The position numbers were made by a program, and so were the translations under genes. DNA of 63,589 bases, filler included. It is 7 parts of 7 records of this genome, joined end to end, with 100 filler letters (N's around TTAATTAATTAA, not from the genome) between each part and the next. Parts side by side here need not be neighbours in the genome. Positions count along the whole stretch, not along the records: positions 50,079 to 58,407 come from SRR31156797_17478; positions 58,508 to 63,589 come from SRR31156797_17496; 5 more parts are not named here. One strand, given 5' to 3'. The first letter of the stretch is position 1. The number at the start of each line of letters is the position of its first letter. The notes under the pieces were generated by a model. The model was not told the origin of the DNA. It did no database searches and saw only the letters and a list, made by a program, of their open reading frames with translations. Of the stretch, positions 55,423 through 63,589 are shown in pieces.

Positions 55423-58239
55423 TTATTGCCTTTGACAAATCACCCTGAATGGGCAATATCTACATCTTTCCTGATCTTCTGTTTGAGTAAAGCTGGTTTC
55501 ATTATCAAAAAGATCAGTTAATACCTCTTTTAAACCCTGCTCAAAGTCAGTTCTAAGATCGTTATAGCTACTTCCCTTTCGATCGCTAAATGCAACCTGT
55601 TTTGGTGGATTATCATCCTGAATATACATGAGAGAAGGAATAATGCTTTTATCAACGCCTACTGGATCTGACTCCATTATTTTGGCGTACAAATAGGCTT
55701 GAAAAGCACCATCAGAGCGATCACTGCTATCACATGAAAATAATTCGTCAAACTTTACTTTATAACTCTCTGGTGATTTTCCGGTTTTATAATCAATAAC
55801 CCAAAGCTTATTGCCTACTTGTTGCAGGCGATCAATTTTTCCTGCCAATTTTATGGACCTGTTCTCATCAAATTTATAATCTGCCACATATTTTCCTTCT
55901 AATCCAGGTATCGTGAAAGGCTCACTTTGCATATCATTATTAATTACCCGCATCACATAACGCAACACAACCTGCTCAATCAACTCAACCATTCCATCCT
56001 GACTTCTATGTAGCTGAATATCAGAAAAATACACCTGCATATTTACCCTAATACGTTCTAATATAAATTTTGTATCTGATAGTTTCTCCAGGTCGCTTTT
56101 AAGTACAACTTTTCCTGATTTAACGAAAGGCATATACAGATCTTCCATGGTTTCATGAAAAATAAGACCGAAAATTCGCTGATTCACTCCCGGTTCAATT
56201 TTTTCAGGCTCTTTCATACCGGCGATATAGGTAAAATAAAACTTTAGTTTGCAATTCAAATATGTATTCAATCTTATGGGATACATATATGCCTCTCCGT
56301 CCAAATATTTTTTTAACTCCTTCTGTATTTCATCCGTTTTTTTAATTGTCAGTTCAGATATTTTTTGTGGTTTTACCGTATGCGATTTAATTATTTCCTC
56401 AACAGAAACATCTAATTCAAAGGCCATCTGTTGCAAAAACCTGGATTGTTCGCCATAGTTATTGTCACTTTCATTGGAGTTGTATATAAAAGTCAAATTC
56501 TCAGTACGCTGTACAGCCCGATAAAAATAATATGCAAAAATAGCGTCCTGATTTTCATAAGTTAATAATCTATAAGCCTTTCGCAGGTTGTAGGGAATAA
56601 AACTCGGAGCTACATTTGCTGATGGCAGGAATCCCTCATTGGCACTTACAATAATTAAATTATCAAAATCTAAAGCCCGTGCTTCGATCAATCCCATTAG
56701 CTGAGTTCCCTTAAGTGGTTCGCCCTCAAGTGTTAAATTAATAGAGGCTATGAGTTTTCTGATCAAACTAATCAACATATTCTGACTCATCTGTCCGGTA
56801 GCTTCTTCCACCTGCTTTTCGATCTGATTAAGTGCACGGTGAACCCTCAACGCAGCTTCAAGATTAACCTGAGAGAGTTTAGCATCTTCATTTTCCTGCT
56901 GAATTAAACTCAGCAAAATATTTTTCAAATATGATACAATATCAACCTCCTTGTCGGGAAAAAATGCTTTGAGTAACTCATCAGTTGACAGTTCTTCGGC
57001 AGTAACATAAAACCGGTTTTGTTCCTTGATGGTTTCAATCAGATCGCTGGTCTTTTCACTATTCAAGAATGGTTGCTGAAGAAGATTAACAACCCATTCA
57101 GCAGAAAAATATTGGGCATCAACTGTTGTCTTTTTTCGTGATGGCATTTCAAGCAACAAATTTACAAACCCATACAAGCTACTGCTTCTGAAAGGCAATC
57201 CCATAGTTACATTTAATCCTTCTGAAGATACCGATTGCAGAACTGGTGTGAGCAAAGTCTCATCGCCCAGTATGATACCATTCGTGAGTGGATTTTCTGT
57301 GTATGTAAATTGTTTGGCTGCTTCCAACGACAACTCCTGAGCCATTTCCAATTCACCGGGCACACCTATCGTTTTAAAACCAGTAAGCTTACTGATGTTG
57401 TCAAAATTCTCAGTGCCATTTATTGCATTTGGAAAATCTTTTAAATTCTTCCGCATAAAATAACCGGCTTCCTGCATTGTGTCATTCGTATACCACACAT
57501 CATAATCCCAATAATACAATGCACCCTGTTTTTCGAGACTTTTAAATATTTGCTTTTCGGATTCACTCAAGGCATTAAAACCAATAAAAACCGGAATTTT
57601 ACCATCCATATTCACTTCATCACGGTTGGCTTTTTCAGCTGTTAATCTGTAAAGCATACCATCATACCCCTTATTTTCAGCTTTTAATTGATCCCGATAT
57701 TCGGTATATAATGGAAATAAAATCTTCCAGAAATGTAAAAAACGTCCCCTGATTTTATCTTTATCATGATGTTTAACGCCTTTATAAAGGGCTTCCCAGA
57801 ATTTTTTCACCAACTCCAGTTTCTCATCATCTTCCCCTCCAAACATTGCTTCAATCTCCTTCAAATCAACAATGTATTTAAACAAATGCGAGGCATCAAC
57901 CAAATATTTATCAATATCATCAAAATCAGCCAACAGCATCTCGCCAAAAAACCAGAATTGTTCTATACTTTCAGGACTAGAGACCTTGGTTTTGTATACT
58001 TCATATAGCTTCATTACAGCTGGAATGGTCTCGATTTGATTCAGCCCACTGTATTTCTCAATAAATTCATTGATAGTCAACATTGTAGGTGAGATAACCG
58101 GCTTTTCAACCAGTTGCGAAAGCATATATTTTAAAAAGATCCCAGTTCTTTTACCCGGTGTAATCAGCACATAATCAGATAAATCATGATTACTCCGTTT
58201 CAATAAATCCTCAACAACCAGTCCGGCAAATTTGTCCAT
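55423..58239 (-). CDS. AddB-like PD-(D/E)XK nuclease fused to an inactivated SF1 helicase-like region
   Basis: L.DFDDID.Y, GEPL.G.Q.MG..E.R.LDF, Y..C...FYF, GKIDR...IDYKTG, CRYCPF..IC Fe-S cysteines. Confidence 0.85.
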   Translation of the reverse strand: MDKFAGLVVEDLLKRSNHDLSDYVLITPGKRTGIFLKYMLSQLVEKPVISPTMLTINEFIEKYSGLNQIETIPAVMKLYEVYKTKVSSPESIEQFWFFGEMLLADFDDIDKYLVDASHLFKYIVDLKEIEAMFGGEDDEKLELVKKFWEALYKGVKHHDKDKIRGRFLHFWKILFPLYTEYRDQLKAENKGYDGMLYRLTAEKANRDEVNMDGKIPVFIGFNALSESEKQIFKSLEKQGALYYWDYDVWYTNDTMQEAGYFMRKNLKDFPNAINGTENFDNISKLTGFKTIGVPGELEMAQELSLEAAKQFTYTENPLTNGIILGDETLLTPVLQSVSSEGLNVTMGLPFRSSSLYGFVNLLLEMPSRKKTTVDAQYFSAEWVVNLLQQPFLNSEKTSDLIETIKEQNRFYVTAEELSTDELLKAFFPDKEVDIVSYLKNILLSLIQQENEDAKLSQVNLEAALRVHRALNQIEKQVEEATGQMSQNMLISLIRKLIASINLTLEGEPLKGTQLMGLIEARALDFDNLIIVSANEGFLPSANVAPSFIPYNLRKAYRLLTYENQDAIFAYYFYRAVQRTENLTFIYNSNESDNNYGEQSRFLQQMAFELDVSVEEIIKSHTVKPQKISELTIKKTDEIQKELKKYLDGEAYMYPIRLNTYLNCKLKFYFTYIAGMKEPEKIEPGVNQRIFGLIFHETMEDLYMPFVKSGKVVLKSDLEKLSDTKFILERIRVNMQVYFSDIQLHRSQDGMVELIEQVVLRYVMRVINNDMQSEPFTIPGLEGKYVADYKFDENRSIKLAGKIDRLQQVGNKLWVIDYKTGKSPESYKVKFDELFSCDSSDRSDGAFQAYLYAKIMESDPVGVDKSIIPSLMYIQDDNPPKQVAFSDRKGSSYNDLRTDFEQGLKEVLTDLFDNETSFTQTEDQERCRYCPFRVICQRQ

Positions 58240-58407
58240 AAATCAATTGATATTTGAAACCTAAAAATAGCAATTATTTTACGGACAGAAAGTTTAAATA
58301 AAAATGATTATTCTGAATTATAAAAGGAATTAACAATAGTATTAAGAATATTAAGACACTGATTAAAATGATTAAGTTGATAAATCAGATCTTTGATTAT
58401 AAAAACT

Positions 58408-58507
58408 NNNNNNNNNNNNNNNNNNNNNNNNNNNNNNNNNNNNNNNNNNNNTTAATTAATTAANNNNNNNNNNNNNNNNNNNNNNNNNNNNNNNNNNNNN
58501 NNNNNNN
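58408..58507. other. Artificial contig linker
   Basis: Same spacer. Confidence 0.99.
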
Positions 58508-58569
58508 GGTGCTCCGCAAAATCCTAATGGATAGATGTGATAAAATACTTTACCTTCTTGTTTTTTCAT
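58508..58569 (-). CDS. GH13 alpha-amylase/cyclomaltodextrinase-like protein, N-terminal fragment
   Basis: AAGGAG RBS then MKKQEGKVFYHIYPLGFCGAP, open to the contig end. Not in the ORF track. Confidence 0.65.
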
Positions 58570-58609
58570 GTTTATTTCACTCCTTATTGTTAATTTATTT
58601 TTTCTTTTT

Positions 58610-58629
58610 TATACTTACTGGTAGGTATA
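58610..58629. promoter_or_regulatory. Putative TetR operator
   Basis: Imperfect palindrome TATACTTACTGGTAGGTATA. Related site at 59419-59432. Confidence 0.65.
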
Positions 58630-58691
58630 TGTAGTGGCTAAATTGAAAAGGCAACTGAGTACCTTTTTGTAATTTTATTTAATTTTTAATA

Positions 58692-58739
58692 ATTAAAACC
58701 TTGGCTACGCACCACACGCGGCAACCTTACGTTGCATCG
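58692..58739. repeat. Degenerate partial copy of the intergenic repeat at 60757-60883
   Basis: ATTAAAACC.TG.CTACGC..CACACGCGGCAACCTTACGTTGCATCG shared between the two. Confidence 0.75.
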
Positions 58740-58787
58740 TTTTAAATTTTCTTATAGAGTTTTCATCAAGGAAAAAGTAAAGGTTTC

Positions 58788-59363
58788 CTAACTAAAAATT
58801 CCATGCATAAACTGCTTAGTTAATCTTCTGGCACTCTCTTCTGATAGATCATTATTGTCTTTAGTAAAAAAAGAATAAGATATTCCCGAATTGATTATAC
58901 CAATAAAAGAAATAGTAAACATTTTACTTCTTCCTTTCATATTACCATGCTGCTCCTCTGCTTTTTGAAATACACTTTCAATAAGAGTAGATTGAGTAAT
59001 ATTATATTTCATCACTGAACTATAAGTTTTACTCTCTTCCGGAGAAAACATCATCGCCATCATAAGTCTGTAAAACTGAGTATTTTCTTTTGAAAATTCA
59101 AAATAATGGATAACTATATCCTCTAAAGTTTTAGTTACATCTCCATTATAAGCACTACAAATCATCTGTAATTTGGCTACAAAAGGCAAAAAATATTTCT
59201 CCAAGATTGCTTCAAGCAGTCCCTCTTTACTTTTAAAATAATAATATAATGTCGGTTTTTTTACTTCAACAGCTTCAACTATCTTCTGTACCCCTACATT
59301 ATCATAACCTTCTTTTGAAAAAAGCTCTAATGCAGCTTGCATCATCTCTTCTTTTTTATTCAT
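58788..59363 (-). CDS. TetR/AcrR-family regulator
   Basis: AALELFS.EGY..VGV..I...VEV.KPTLYYYF.SKEGL. Start MNKKEE after AGGAG. Confidence 0.95.
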   Translation of the reverse strand: MNKKEEMMQAALELFSKEGYDNVGVQKIVEAVEVKKPTLYYYFKSKEGLLEAILEKYFLPFVAKLQMICSAYNGDVTKTLEDIVIHYFEFSKENTQFYRLMMAMMFSPEESKTYSSVMKYNITQSTLIESVFQKAEEQHGNMKGRSKMFTISFIGIINSGISYSFFTKDNNDLSEESARRLTKQFMHGIFS

Positions 59364-59414
59364 AATATTCGCTCCTAGGATCATAATTATTTTAGTTATA
59401 ACTATCTTAATTCA

Positions 59415-59443
59415 ATTATATACCTATCAGTATAGAAAGTCAA
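59415..59443 (-). promoter_or_regulatory. Sigma-A promoter of tetR with overlapping operator
   Basis: TTGACT-17 nt-TATAAT on the minus strand. Confidence 0.85.
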
Positions 59444-59611
59444 GTGTTTTTTTACTCTCATATTATAATTTTTGATATACAGAAACTATCATGATTCATT
59501 GATTTAACTACACTGTTAAGTAAATTTTATTAGCATATTATTTTTTACTTTTTTGTATATTTTCAGAATTAAAAAAGAGTATAACTCATTATGAATTATA
59601 CTCAATCACGA

Positions 59612-60724
59612 TTAAACTTCTTTTATAATTTCTAAAATTACTCTTGAAACATTCACTAAATCTTTAATATACAGATGCTCTTCAAGTGTATGACATTTTC
59701 TCTCACCTATACCTAAATTTATAGTTTTTATCCCTTTTGCGTTCAAAATATTTGTATCACTTCCACCACCGGAAGAAGCTGTAAACGCTTTAATTTCAAT
59801 ATTATTAAATGCTCTTTTAGCAATCTCTACCATTTCATCATTTTCTTCAATTGTAAATGCACTGTACATTCTTGAGATCCCTACTTCTACTTCAGCTCCA
59901 AACTCTTTTGCAGCATTTTCAAAGCACTCTCTCATATGTGCAGACTGCGCTGCAAGTTTATCATTATCTAAACTTCTGGCTTCAGCTTTAATATTTACTT
60001 CAGGAGTTACAATATTAGTTGCTTTTCCTCCCTCTATTACTCCAATATTTGCCGTTGTTTCTTCATCTATTCTAAGTAGTTTCATTTTACTAATTGCATG
60101 AGCTGCAACGTTTATAGCACTAATCCCCTCTTCCGGTGCAACTCCGGCATGAGCGGGTTTTCCTATTACTTTTACATCTATTTTATCTTGAGCCGGTCCT
60201 CTTAAAATAATTTGACCAGGATCACCACCACTATCAAATACGAAAGCTCTTTTAGCATCTATTTTATCTAAGTCTAATTTTTTAGAACCTAAGAGACCAT
60301 TTTCTTCACAAATAGTAAATACTACCTCAATTGGTCCATGCTCAAGTTTATTTTCTTTTATAACTTTTAATGCTTCTAATATGGCCGCTACTCCTGCTTT
60401 GTTATCTCCACCAAGAATAGTTGTACCGTCACTATAAATTACTTCATCTCTAATAACAGGTTTAATTCCTTCTCCGGGTGTAACTGTATCTAAATGACAA
60501 CAAAACATTATAGCTTCCAAATCTTTATTTCCCTTTAATTTAGCTATAATATTTCCTTTCGCATCTGTATCTATATCTGCTCCAGCATTATCCAGATACA
60601 CATCCAAACCTAAATTTTCTAATTCATTTGTTATATAATCAGTAAATTTCCCCTCTTTTGTTGATTCACTATCAATCTTTACATATTCAATAAAACTTTC
60701 AACTACTCTTTCTTTATTAACCAT
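59612..60724 (-). CDS. M20-family peptidase T-like metallopeptidase
   Basis: HLDTV.PG, DGTTILGGDNKAG, EENGL.G, AHAG.APEEG, GGGSD.N, HT.EE. Confidence 0.92.
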   Translation of the reverse strand: MVNKERVVESFIEYVKIDSESTKEGKFTDYITNELENLGLDVYLDNAGADIDTDAKGNIIAKLKGNKDLEAIMFCCHLDTVTPGEGIKPVIRDEVIYSDGTTILGGDNKAGVAAILEALKVIKENKLEHGPIEVVFTICEENGLLGSKKLDLDKIDAKRAFVFDSGGDPGQIILRGPAQDKIDVKVIGKPAHAGVAPEEGISAINVAAHAISKMKLLRIDEETTANIGVIEGGKATNIVTPEVNIKAEARSLDNDKLAAQSAHMRECFENAAKEFGAEVEVGISRMYSAFTIEENDEMVEIAKRAFNNIEIKAFTASSGGGSDTNILNAKGIKTINLGIGERKCHTLEEHLYIKDLVNVSRVILEIIKEV

Positions 60725-60756
60725 TTTTTCTCCTTCTATTTCTCTTAAAAAATATT

Positions 60757-60883
60757 AAAACCGTGCCTACGCGGCACACCGCGGCAACCTTACGGGGTGA
60801 AGAAAATACACTTCACTACTGTTGCATCGAACTAAACGATCAAACGTAAGGTTTTCGCAGTGTGCTGACGTCAGCACGATTTT
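60757..60883. repeat. Structured palindromic intergenic element (REP/MITE-like or ncRNA)
   Basis: Terminal arms AAAACCGTGC / GCACGATTTT, AACCTTACG / CGTAAGGTT stem, hairpins GTGCC-GGCAC, GTGAAG-CTTCAC, ATCG-CGAT, GTGCTGA-TCAGCAC. Confidence 0.8.
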
Positions 60884-60901
60884 GACTTTAACTTTATTTA
60901 A

Positions 60902-62440
60902 CTATAACTTAATGAAAGCTCCCGGTCCAATAGGTAAACCTAAGAAATACCAGATTGCTAATAAGATACTCCATCCAATTAAGAATGCAACTGAATAAGG
61001 AACCATTGTAGAGATTAAAGTACCTATTCCAGTATCTTCATCATATTTTTGTGCAAATACTACGATTACAGCGAAATATGACATAAGTGGTGTGATAATA
61101 TTAGTTGATGAATCTCCGATTCTATAAGCTAACTGAGTAAATTCAGGAGTAATTCCTAATTGGTACATCATTGGTACGAATACCGGAGCCATAATCCCCC
61201 ATTTAGCTGAAGCTGATCCGATAAATAAGTTGATGAATCCCGATACTAAGATAAATCCTATTACTAATGGTAATCCTGTAAATCCGATTCCTTGTAAGAA
61301 ATCTGCTCCACTAACTGCTAAGATGATTCCCAGATTAGTATAAGCGAAATATTTAATAAACTGAGCTGCAAAGAATGCTAATACTAAATATCCACCCATT
61401 TGAGACATTGATTTTCCCATGTAATGAACTACATCTTTATCATTTTTGATGCTTCCGGCAAAAATACCAAATGTTAATCCCGGAATTAAGAAGAATAACA
61501 TAATTACAGGTACTAATCCGTTCCACATAAATGTGCTTAAGCTACCATTAACTTTTAATATTGCATTTTCAGGCATTGTTAAGAATAACATTAATGCTCC
61601 AAATACTATAATTGAAATCCCTGCTGCAACTAATCCTCTTTTTTCTTTTTCATGAATTTCCATTGAATGCTCTTCATCGTAGTGACCTGTATATTTACCT
61701 AATCTAGGTTCTACTATTTTTTCTGTTACAAGTGTTCCTAAACCTGTTATTAAAAAAGTTGAAACAAACATGAAAAAATAGTTTGAAGTTGGAAGAATTG
61801 ATGAGTCAATTCCACCAGCGATTAATGCTTCATTTGTGATACCTGTTAATAAGGGATCTAGTGACCCTATTAATAAGTTAGCTGAGAATCCTCCTGATAC
61901 ACCTGCAAATGCTGCTGCCATTCCTGCAAGTGGATGTCTGTTATGTAAAATAAATACAATTGCACCTAATGGTATTAATACAACATATCCGGCATCTGAT
62001 GCTATATTTGACATAACCCCTGCAAGTACTACTACTGCTGTAAGTAGTTTACTTGGAGTACTTAATACTACTTTTTTAAGTGATGCATTAATTAATCCTG
62101 TACCTTCTGCTACACCAACACCTAACATTGCAACTAATACTGTTCCTAATGGATGGAATCCGGTAAAGTTTTTCGTGGCATTATTAATCATATACCTTAA
62201 TCCTGTCGCGTTCAGCATAGATACTGCTTCAACAGTTTTTTCAGTTTTGTACTTTGCATCATAGAAATTAACAGTTAGTCCCATTCTCGCTGCTATTTCT
62301 GATACTATAACTACTAGTAGTGCTAATAATAAAAATAATGTTACAGGGTGAGGTAATCTGTTACCTACTGTTTCAACTCCGTTAAGGAACTTACTAAGTA
62401 AACCTTGTTTCTTAGTTTGCGAAACATTTGCTTTTGACAT
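60902..62440 (-). CDS. abgT: AbgT-family transporter
   Basis: GNRLPHP, F.PLG.VLV.MLG.G, ASDAGYV, GVSGGFSAN, SASAKW, AYRIGDS.TN.ITP. Confidence 0.95.
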   Translation of the reverse strand: MSKANVSQTKKQGLLSKFLNGVETVGNRLPHPVTLFLLLALLVVIVSEIAARMGLTVNFYDAKYKTEKTVEAVSMLNATGLRYMINNATKNFTGFHPLGTVLVAMLGVGVAEGTGLINASLKKVVLSTPSKLLTAVVVLAGVMSNIASDAGYVVLIPLGAIVFILHNRHPLAGMAAAFAGVSGGFSANLLIGSLDPLLTGITNEALIAGGIDSSILPTSNYFFMFVSTFLITGLGTLVTEKIVEPRLGKYTGHYDEEHSMEIHEKEKRGLVAAGISIIVFGALMLFLTMPENAILKVNGSLSTFMWNGLVPVIMLFFLIPGLTFGIFAGSIKNDKDVVHYMGKSMSQMGGYLVLAFFAAQFIKYFAYTNLGIILAVSGADFLQGIGFTGLPLVIGFILVSGFINLFIGSASAKWGIMAPVFVPMMYQLGITPEFTQLAYRIGDSSTNIITPLMSYFAVIVVFAQKYDEDTGIGTLISTMVPYSVAFLIGWSILLAIWYFLGLPIGPGAFIKL

Positions 62441-62530
62441 ATCTCATCTTCTCCTTTGTATATAGTTTTTCTAAAAAAATTATTAATTTTCAATTCACAT
62501 TGCACTTTCAGAACAAATTGTGTGATTTTT

Positions 62531-62573
62531 ATTATAATATATTTCCTAAAATTATTTTGTTGTGTAGTTAACA
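62531..62573 (-). promoter_or_regulatory. Putative Crp/Fnr-activated promoter of abgT
   Basis: Minus-strand TATAAT at 62531-62536 and dyad TGTT-N8-AACA at 62558-62573, centred at -41.5. Confidence 0.55.
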
Positions 62574-62814
62574 TTTTCTTTTACTAGTCAAAACAGACAT
62601 TTTTTATCTATTTTGGATACAACTCGTAAAAACTTAATGTTTTCAATACATAAGACTGCATATTACAAAGCATTTACACCATTCAACTTGTATATACATT
62701 AAGATACTTAAATTATTTTTGAAAAATATATTGAAAAAAACAGGAATTTAAAGTATCCTATGAAGGATTGTCTGAATTAAAATTCCTTTAAGACAATCAT
62801 ATGGAGGAAAAAAT

Positions 62815-63513
62815 ATGTACAATGAAATATTTGATGATAAAGCTCAGTCTGAAAATAGGAAAGTTTTTGAAAAATATTTTTCAAAACATGGAAGAGTTAT
62901 TCATTTTGAAAAAGGATCACAAATTAATATTAAATCGGAAAAATTTATAGCATTGGTTTTAAAAGGAAAAATAGTCACAGGGATTAGCAGTGAAAGTGGT
63001 AAAAGAAAAGATCTGTTTGTTGACAGACCAGGGGAGATATTTGGGTTTAAAAATTTCTTTTATGCCGGGAAAGAATTTTTATTTCATGAAGCAAAAGAAG
63101 ATTGCAGTATTTGCGTAAATTCAGAAGAGGATTTTGATAAAATAGTAAGTGAGTTTCCTGAGATATACAAATATCTCTTGAGCACACTAACAGAGCAGTT
63201 TAGAATAGTCTCACTTGAGTTATCTAATCTCCTGTTTAATGATTCTATGGGGAAGGTTGCTGATGCTCTTCTGAGAATAGCAGCCTGTTCTCGTTCTGAT
63301 TATACTACAAACAGTTCTGAACCAGAAGAACAGTTGGAAATATCAACAATCTTTACACATGATGAGTTAGCCAGAAATATTGGATGTTCCAGAACAACTG
63401 TTACTCTTTGTTTAAATAAATTAGTTGAACAAAATATAATTGAATTAATTAATAAAAAGATATGTATTAAAAAGCCAAAAGAATTAAGTGAATATATCGA
63501 TAAAGTTTTCTAA
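62815..63513 (+). CDS. Crp/Fnr-family transcriptional regulator
   Basis: cNMP-like domain (G..IFG) and HTH THDELARNIGCSRTTVT..LNKL. RBS GGAGG. Confidence 0.93.
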   Translation: MYNEIFDDKAQSENRKVFEKYFSKHGRVIHFEKGSQINIKSEKFIALVLKGKIVTGISSESGKRKDLFVDRPGEIFGFKNFFYAGKEFLFHEAKEDCSICVNSEEDFDKIVSEFPEIYKYLLSTLTEQFRIVSLELSNLLFNDSMGKVADALLRIAACSRSDYTTNSSEPEEQLEISTIFTHDELARNIGCSRTTVTLCLNKLVEQNIIELINKKICIKKPKELSEYIDKVF

Positions 63514-63565
63514 TATTTATATAAATAATAGAAATACTAAAAATTTAAAATTCCAAAAAATAAAA

Positions 63566-63589
63566 ATGAGCGGTAAATTTACCGCTCAT
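63566..63589. terminator. Probable terminator hairpin
   Basis: Perfect 24-nt palindrome ATGAGCGGTAAATTTACCGCTCAT preceded by an A-run. The 3' side is cut by the window end. Confidence 0.7.

Noticed and set aside
55423-58239. PD-(D/E)XK nuclease plus neighbouring nucleases as an anti-phage or Cas4 system
   Set aside because: The architecture fits housekeeping AddB-like repair proteins. The neighbours have signal peptides, and no cas genes or arrays are present.

Overview
This window is not one locus. It is seven unrelated contigs joined by identical 100-nt artificial linkers (44 N + TTAATTAATTAA + 44 N), so synteny is valid only within a segment. A (1-17621): FCB-group bacterium (inferred non-Bacteroidia) uronic-acid polysaccharide (likely alginate) locus with a PorV-like and a FadL-like beta-barrel, CTD-bearing secreted proteins built from a repeated beta-helix module, a PL6 lyase, two PF05426-type lyases and a GH88 fragment. 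B (17722-30170): Methanosarcinaceae-like archaeal chemotaxis operon (cheA, cheR, cheD, four cheC) containing an FtsA-like actin-fold ATPase with beta-grasp-like repeats, a membrane-anchored Walker-A-less KaiC-like protein and a paralogous pair of Cys/His proteins. This is the best candidate for an undescribed system. C (30271-35601): Bacteroidota susC-susD-PKD lipoprotein. D (35702-42749): GH106, GH2, rhamnose mutarotase and an ECF sigma factor with two matching promoter motifs. E (42850-49978): coaBC frameshifted at an A10 run, DUF4835, recN, PQQ propeller, GH109-like. F (50079-58407): M6 protease, two paralogous endonuclease I proteins, AddB-like nuclease. G (58508-63589): Firmicutes GH13 fragment, TetR, M20 peptidase, AbgT transporter and Crp/Fnr regulator with readable operators and a structured repeat. 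All family calls come from motif recognition by eye, without database searches.
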